From Thermotogota bacterium (GTDB taxonomy: Bacteria; Bipolaricaulota; Bipolaricaulia; UBA7950; UBA9294), in assembly GCA_039679545.1 (NCBI GenBank), contig JBDKUT010000021.1, positions 1-59,270 on the forward strand: a stretch of DNA of 59,270 nucleotides. Direction: 5' to 3'. A model generated the notes under the pieces. It saw only the letters and a program-made list of their open reading frames with translations, was not told the origin of the DNA and ran no database searches. Of this stretch, positions 54,063 to 59,270 are shown piece after piece; the stretch's first letter is position 1; each line of letters starts with the position of its first letter. A program made the translations under genes and the position numbers.

Positions 54063-55130
54063 CTATCCAGGGATTAGGTTCGTCGTCGCCTTCATCCGCT
54101 CGGTGGTCTCTGCCATCAGCTCGATCGTGTGCTCGACGTCGTCCAGGTGAACCATCTCGCACGGAGAGTGCATGTAGCGGTTTGGAACTCCAAGGACGGC
54201 GGTGGCGACTCCGCCGCGGACGATCTGGATCGTGTTCGCGTCCGTTCCGGTTCCTCTTGGGCACGTGTCGAACTGGTACGGGATCTTCTTCGCCTCGGCG
54301 GTGCTTACGAGGAGGCGGAAGAGGGGCGCGTTGATGTTCGGGCCCCGCGTGATGATCGGTCCTCCGCCCATCTTGACTTCGCCCCACTTCTTCTTGGCGT
54401 CGTCCATTCCGGGGAAGTCAGTGGCGAACCCGACGTCGACAGCGATTCCCACCTGCGGGTCGATGCCGAAAGCGCTCGTCTGCGCCCCGCGCGCGCCGAT
54501 CTCCTCTTGAACCGTGGCGACGGCGTAGACGCCGATCTTGGTCCTCTTCTCCGCCAGGCGGCGAAGGGCGTCGAGGACGACAAACGCTCCGATGCGGTCG
54601 TCGATCCCGCGGCCGACGAGAAGCCCATTGCGCAGTTCCTGGGTGTCGTAGTCGAGGACGGCGGGGTCTCCGATCGACACGAGCTTGAGCGCTTCGGCCT
54701 TGCTTGAGACCCCGATGTCGATCCACAAGTCTTCAAGCTTCGGCGGTGCCTTGCGGTCCTCGTCCTTCATGACGTGGATCGGCTTGCGGCCGATCACGCC
54801 GAGCACAATGCCGTGCTGCGTGCGGATTCGAACCCGCTGACCGGGAAGGATTACTGGGTCCCAGCCACCGAGTCCGGTGAACGACAGGTATCCCTGGTCG
54901 TCGGCGTAGCTGATGAGCAGTCCGATTTCGTCGGCATGGCCGGCCAGCATGACGCGGAACGCGGCCTTTTCGTTGATCGCGGCGATCGTGTTGCCGTGGA
55001 CGTCGACCCACGTACGATCCGCGAAGCGATCCGCTTCCTCTTGCCAGACCCGCGATGCGTCCTCCTCGTAGCCCGTCGGGCAGACCGTGTCCATGTACTT
55101 CTTCAGGAACTTGAGTCGATCCTTGTGCAT
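54063..55130 (-). CDS. M42-family metallopeptidase (glutamyl aminopeptidase/FrvX-like)
   Basis: MHKDRLKFLKKYMDTVCPTGYE, LAGHADEIG, GRGIDDRIG, TVQEEIGARGA, RYMHSP. The upstream part of track ORF 54063..55715 is shadow. Confidence 0.9.
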   Translation of the reverse strand: MHKDRLKFLKKYMDTVCPTGYEEDASRVWQEEADRFADRTWVDVHGNTIAAINEKAAFRVMLAGHADEIGLLISYADDQGYLSFTGLGGWDPVILPGQRVRIRTQHGIVLGVIGRKPIHVMKDEDRKAPPKLEDLWIDIGVSSKAEALKLVSIGDPAVLDYDTQELRNGLLVGRGIDDRIGAFVVLDALRRLAEKRTKIGVYAVATVQEEIGARGAQTSAFGIDPQVGIAVDVGFATDFPGMDDAKKKWGEVKMGGGPIITRGPNINAPLFRLLVSTAEAKKIPYQFDTCPRGTGTDANTIQIVRGGVATAVLGVPNRYMHSPCEMVHLDDVEHTIELMAETTERMKATTNLIPG

Positions 55131-55198
55131 GCGTTCTCTCCCCTTTCGCCGCGGACAGTGTAGAGGACGTGGTGCTTCGATGCATCTGTATGGATATT

Positions 55199-55211
55199 GA
55201 AGACGGTCTTC
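55199..55211. promoter_or_regulatory. candidate operator palindrome GAAGAC-G-GTCTTC in divergent promoter region
   Basis: A perfect 6-bp inverted repeat sits in an unusually AT-rich stretch between the M42 gene and the XRE-cupin regulator gene. Confidence 0.25.
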
Positions 55212-55226
55212 GATATAGTGAAAGAC

Positions 55227-55850
55227 ATGGAAGACCTCGGCCCACGAATTCGGCAGGCTCGCCAGCAGCGCGGATGGACGCTCGAGGCGTTGTCGCAGCG
55301 TTCTGGACTCTCGACCGGTTTCCTCTCGCAGGTCGAGCGGGGGCAGTCGACGCTCTCGATCGTTTCGCTTTCGGCGATCTGCCGCGCGCTCGACCTGCGG
55401 ATCGAGACGCTCTTCTCGAGCGATCGTCCGCTGAGCGAGGCGACTCCCGTTGTGACGAAGGCGGCTCAACAACTCCACATTCGCATCGGCGCTTCGACCG
55501 TAACCTACGGGTATCTGACCCGGCAGCTTCCGTTGGCGCCGGTTCAGGAACTCTTGATCGCCGAGTTTCCGTCGGGCACGGAGCCGACGGAATCGACGCA
55601 CGACGGGGAGGAGTTCGGCTACGTGCTCACGGGGAAGCTGCGGCTTCGGCTCCGCGACGAGGTCTTCCATCTTGAGGCAGGAGACAGCTACCTGGTTCGC
55701 GCGGCGGAGCCCCACGCGTACTCGACCCCCGCAAGCTCGGAGGCTCGCATCCTCATGGCCGTTACGCAGCGGTTTATCGACACCGGCGCCGGGGGCGGGG
55801 CGTCGTCTTTGGACGACTCACCCCGCCGAAAGGAGTCTGACAGCACATGA
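55227..55850 (+). CDS. XRE-family HTH transcriptional regulator with C-terminal cupin domain
   Basis: IRQARQQRGWTLEALSQRSGLSTGFLSQVERGQ (HTH_3) and a cupin part (HDGEEFGYVLTGKLRL). The start is taken at ATG 55227; TTG 55197 and GTG 55218 are in frame. Confidence 0.85.
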   Translation: MEDLGPRIRQARQQRGWTLEALSQRSGLSTGFLSQVERGQSTLSIVSLSAICRALDLRIETLFSSDRPLSEATPVVTKAAQQLHIRIGASTVTYGYLTRQLPLAPVQELLIAEFPSGTEPTESTHDGEEFGYVLTGKLRLRLRDEVFHLEAGDSYLVRAAEPHAYSTPASSEARILMAVTQRFIDTGAGGGASSLDDSPRRKESDST

Positions 55851-57985
55851 CGCGGATCGAAGGCCACCCCATCGTCCGCAAGGAACGAGGAACCCCATTC
55901 CCCTTCACGTTCGCCGGGAAAGCAGTCTCGGCGTACCCCGGCGAGACGATCGCTTCGGCGCTCTTTGCCGCGGGCGTTCGCGTCGTTGGACACCATCCGA
56001 AGGACGGCGCGCCTCAGGGGCTCTTCTGCGCCAATGGGCAGTGCTCACAGTGCATGGTTCTCGCCGACGGCCTTGCTGTGAAGGCGTGCATGACACCGGC
56101 GACGGCAGGACTGCACGTCGAGCCGCTCGACGGCCTTCCGCACCTTCCGCGGATCGAGCGGGCGCTCGAGACGAGAGAGCCCGAGAAGAAGGACGTCTCC
56201 GTGCTTGTTCTCGGCGGCGGACCCGCGGGGCTTTCGGCGGCGATCGAGCTCGGAGGCCGGGGCATAAACGTCCTCGTGGTTGATGACAAGAACCGCCTTG
56301 GCGGGAAGCTTGTCCTGCAGACTCACCGGTTCTTCGGGTCGATCGACGCTGTGCACGCGGGGACGCGCGGAATCGACATCGCGTCGAAGCTCGAAGGGCG
56401 TGTGCGCGATCTCCCGTCGGTCGAGGTGTGGCTCGACAGCACGGCGCTCGCGGTGTTCAGTGATGGCCTCGTCGGGGTTCTCCGCGGCGCCACGTACTCG
56501 CTCGTCAAGCCGCGAGTTCTCCTCGTGGCGACCGGCGCGCGCGAGAAGTCGCTTGTCTTTAAGGGGAACACGCTCCCCGGCGTCTACGGCGCCGGCGCGT
56601 TCCAAACACTCGTCAACCGCGATCTTGTGCGCGCCGCCGAACGGTTGTTCATCGTCGGTGGTGGCAACGTGGGGCTCATCGCCGGGTACCACGCATTGCA
56701 GGCAGGCATCGATGTTGTGGGTTTGGTGGAAGCGCTCCCGGAGTGCGGCGGCTACAAGGTTCACAGGGACAAGCTCGCGCGCATGGGAGTTCCGATTTAC
56801 ACCTCGCACACCGCCCTGTCCGCGAATGGAACGGAGGAGGTGGAGTCGGTGACGATTGCCGCCATCGATAAAGGCTTCCACCCCATCCCGGGGACAGAAC
56901 GATCGTTTGCTTGTGACACGGTGCTGATCGCCGTTGGACTCGATCCGGTGGACGAGTTCCACAAGGCCGCCGTCCAGTTCGGCCTTCCCGTCTACGCCGC
57001 CGGCGACGCGGAGGAGATCGCCGAGGCGTCGGCAGCCATCTTCGCGGGGAAGATTAAGGGGCTTGAGATCGCCCGGGCGCTCGGAGCCACGGCCGATGAG
57101 ATCCCCGCTGCGTGGTCTCGGATGGGCGAGATCCTGAAGTCGAAGCCTGGGTTGGCCGTCGAGCGCGCGTCGCTCGATCGGTACCTGGACGGAGGAGCCG
57201 GAGCCGTGTACCCCGTCTTCCACTGCTCGCAGGAGATCCCCTGCAACCCGTGCACGTCGGTCTGCCCTCAGAAGCTGATCGCCATCGAAGAAACCGACCT
57301 CCGTTGCCTTCCGGAGTTCCGCGGAGCGGAAGGCGGGAAGGCGTGCGTCGGCTGCGAACGGTGCGTGACGGTCTGCCCGGGACTTGCGATCACCCTGGTC
57401 GATGAGCGAGGGGAGGGTGGCCCGATCGTCACGATGCCGTTCGAGTTCCCGAGCGATCGGCTCTCCCCGGGGAATCGCGTCGTCGTTCTCGACGACGTTG
57501 GGACTCCCTTGGGTGAGGTGTCCGTCCTCGAGGTGAAGGCGCTCCCGAAGAACGACCGCACGGTGCTTGTCAAGGTACGAGCTCCCCGCGACATCGCGGC
57601 GCGGATTGCCGGGATCCGAGTTCAGGAGCCGTGGATCTCCCAGCCGCTCCCCGAGGCCGTCGAGTCGCTTGGCGACGACGCCATGGTCTGTCGTTGCGAA
57701 CGAGTTACGGCGGGCGAGATTCGTGCGCGGATTCGCGAGGGGTATCGAGACATGAATGAGATCAAGATCGTTACCAGAGCCGGAATGGGCGCGTGCGGGG
57801 GAAAGACGTGCGCCGCCTTGATTCAACGGCTCTTCCGTGAGGAGGGCGTCTCGTTGGTTGACGTGACGGAGAACGTGCGCCGGCCGCTCTTCGTCGAAGT
57901 ACCGCTCGGTGTTCTCGCCGGCGCGTCGAACGAGGATGTAGGCCTGCGCACAGATGCGAAGGTCCGCGGGAAGGGGGCGAAGTAG
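55847..57985 (+). CDS. multidomain FAD/NAD(P) oxidoreductase with 2Fe-2S, 4Fe-4S and BFD-like domains (sarcosine oxidase alpha / HcnA-HcnB / OoxA-like)
   Basis: N-terminal 2Fe-2S: CANGQCSQCMV...KAC. Two Rossmann motifs: VLVLGGGPAGLSAA and IVGGGNVGL. Ferredoxin motif: CVGCERCVTVCP. BFD-like motif: VCRCERVT...GACGGKTC. ATGA overlap with the regulator gene. Confidence 0.8.
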   Translation: MTRIEGHPIVRKERGTPFPFTFAGKAVSAYPGETIASALFAAGVRVVGHHPKDGAPQGLFCANGQCSQCMVLADGLAVKACMTPATAGLHVEPLDGLPHLPRIERALETREPEKKDVSVLVLGGGPAGLSAAIELGGRGINVLVVDDKNRLGGKLVLQTHRFFGSIDAVHAGTRGIDIASKLEGRVRDLPSVEVWLDSTALAVFSDGLVGVLRGATYSLVKPRVLLVATGAREKSLVFKGNTLPGVYGAGAFQTLVNRDLVRAAERLFIVGGGNVGLIAGYHALQAGIDVVGLVEALPECGGYKVHRDKLARMGVPIYTSHTALSANGTEEVESVTIAAIDKGFHPIPGTERSFACDTVLIAVGLDPVDEFHKAAVQFGLPVYAAGDAEEIAEASAAIFAGKIKGLEIARALGATADEIPAAWSRMGEILKSKPGLAVERASLDRYLDGGAGAVYPVFHCSQEIPCNPCTSVCPQKLIAIEETDLRCLPEFRGAEGGKACVGCERCVTVCPGLAITLVDERGEGGPIVTMPFEFPSDRLSPGNRVVVLDDVGTPLGEVSVLEVKALPKNDRTVLVKVRAPRDIAARIAGIRVQEPWISQPLPEAVESLGDDAMVCRCERVTAGEIRARIREGYRDMNEIKIVTRAGMGACGGKTCAALIQRLFREEGVSLVDVTENVRRPLFVEVPLGVLAGASNEDVGLRTDAKVRGKGAK

Positions 57986-57986
57986 C

Positions 57987-59144
57987 GTGCCGCGCTCAAC
58001 CTACGACGTCATCATCCTCGGGGCCGGCAGCGTCGGAGTTCCGGCGGCGTGGGCAATGGCCGAGAGCGGTCTGTCGGTCCTCGTTCTCGAGCCGTTTGCG
58101 AGCCCCGGCCAGGGTTCGAACAAGGCGGCGATCGGAGGCATTCGCGCGACGCACTCCGATCCGGCCAAGATCCGCTTGGGGTTGAGGTCGCTCGAGATTG
58201 CCGGAACCTGGAAGGACACGTACGGTGACGACATCGAGTGGACGACCGGAGGGTACTCGTTCGTCGCCTACTCGCCGCGCGAGGAGAAGACCCTCAAGGA
58301 CCTCCTCGTCATCCAGAAGCGATACGGACTTGACATCGAGTGGTACGATCGCGACGCGTTCCTGAAGATCGTCCCGCCGCTTCGCCCCGACGGCCTGATT
58401 GGCGGCACGTTCTCGCCGGGCGACGGTCACTGCTCGCCGCTCCTCTTCGGGCATGCCCTGTATGAGCGGGCGAAGGGGGCTGGTGTCGATTTCCACTTCG
58501 TCGAGGCCGCCGTGGGCATCGAGGTGCGGGATGGCCGAGTTCAGGGCGTGACCACGTCCAAGGGACGCTACCAAACACGCGTCGTCGTCAACGCGGCGGG
58601 CGCTTGGGCGGCCGATGTCGGCCGTCTGGTCGGCCTCGGGCACCCCGTGCGCCCGGATTCCCACGAAGGAGGGATCACAGAACCCGTCGCTCCTTTCTTC
58701 GGGCCGATGGTCGTCGACATCGCGCCGGCCCCCGGGTCGGCCAACTACTACTTCTACCAGCTCGCGACGGGGCAGGTGGTGTTCTGCATCACCCCAAGCC
58801 CCAACCTGTGGGGCTTCGACCGGCGCGAGACGAGCGTCTTTCTCCCGATGGTGGCCGGTCGCATGGTGCGTCTCATGCCGACACTCGCCAACCTCCGCGT
58901 CCGCCGAACCTGGCGCGGTCTCTATCCGATGACGTCGGACGGGTCGCCGATTGTGGGCTGGGCACGCGAAGTCGACGGCTACCTTATGGCCATCGGCCTC
59001 TGTGGGCAGGGCTTCATGCTTGGGCCCGGACTCGGCGAGCTTCTCGCGCGCGCCGTGCAGGGCGAATCGACGCCGGAAGACAACGAGATCCTGGAACTCC
59101 TGTCGCCGTACCGTGTCTTCAAGGGACAGGAGGCGCTCAAGTAA
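57987..59144 (+). CDS. FAD-dependent oxidoreductase, DAO family (sarcosine oxidase beta / HcnC / OoxB-like)
   Basis: The GTG start lies 1 nt after the upstream stop. YDVIILGAGSVGVPAAWAMAESG (GxGxxG). The C-terminus GLCGQGFMLGPGLG is typical of the DAO family. Confidence 0.85.
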   Translation: MPRSTYDVIILGAGSVGVPAAWAMAESGLSVLVLEPFASPGQGSNKAAIGGIRATHSDPAKIRLGLRSLEIAGTWKDTYGDDIEWTTGGYSFVAYSPREEKTLKDLLVIQKRYGLDIEWYDRDAFLKIVPPLRPDGLIGGTFSPGDGHCSPLLFGHALYERAKGAGVDFHFVEAAVGIEVRDGRVQGVTTSKGRYQTRVVVNAAGAWAADVGRLVGLGHPVRPDSHEGGITEPVAPFFGPMVVDIAPAPGSANYYFYQLATGQVVFCITPSPNLWGFDRRETSVFLPMVAGRMVRLMPTLANLRVRRTWRGLYPMTSDGSPIVGWAREVDGYLMAIGLCGQGFMLGPGLGELLARAVQGESTPEDNEILELLSPYRVFKGQEALK

Positions 59145-59270
59145 TCGGCGGCTGGACGGTCCTTGTCGTCTAGCCGCTCGGGAGATTGCACAGACGAGGT
59201 CTGAACGATCTCCCTACCCAGTCATCCAGATGCGCCGCGTCACCCGCGGCCTCCTCCTACGGCGAGCAGG

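Noticed and set aside
55131-55715. A 5' extension making the M42 peptidase ORF 550 aa long.
   Set aside because: The extension is Arg-rich and overlaps the XRE-cupin gene on the opposite strand. M42 homology starts at MHKDRLKFL (55130).

Overview
High-GC (mid-60s % by eye) bacterial chromosomal segment. It probably comes from an uncultivated diderm lineage, because two encoded proteins look like outer-membrane beta-barrels and one protease carries a T9SS/FlgD-Ig-like C-terminal domain. I support about 50 protein genes, 3 tRNAs (Ala-GGC, Val-CAC, Pro-UGG), RNase P RNA and one TPP riboswitch. Most genes are housekeeping:
- leuS, metG
- the rplU-prp-rpmA-obg-nadD-infC-rpmI-rplT-folB-folK-rng string
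- ribD-rpe, dnaX-ybaB, mutL
- a thiamine salvage operon

Genes are tightly packed, with many 1-4 nt GTGA/ATGA/TTGA start-stop overlaps. The high GC content produces many long shadow ORFs antisense to or out of frame with real genes; these were discarded.

The non-ordinary content is:
1. An array of six tandem units derived from the 5' half of tRNA-Val, directly abutting tRNA-Val(CAC).
2. A ~90-nt hairpin-containing repeat family present at two intergenic loci.
3. A compact S8 protease(CTD)-PorV-like-SprA-like outer-membrane locus.
4. A seven-gene translationally coupled MoxR/DUF58/BatA/VWA operon with three uncharacterised membrane proteins.
5. A catalytic-domain-only tyrosine recombinase beside an AT-rich perfect palindrome.
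6. Several gene-level oddities: no canonical start for rng, a likely AUC start for infC, a Prp homolog without its catalytic dyad, and a ~100-aa insertion in LeuRS.

All family assignments come from motif recognition by eye. No database search was run.
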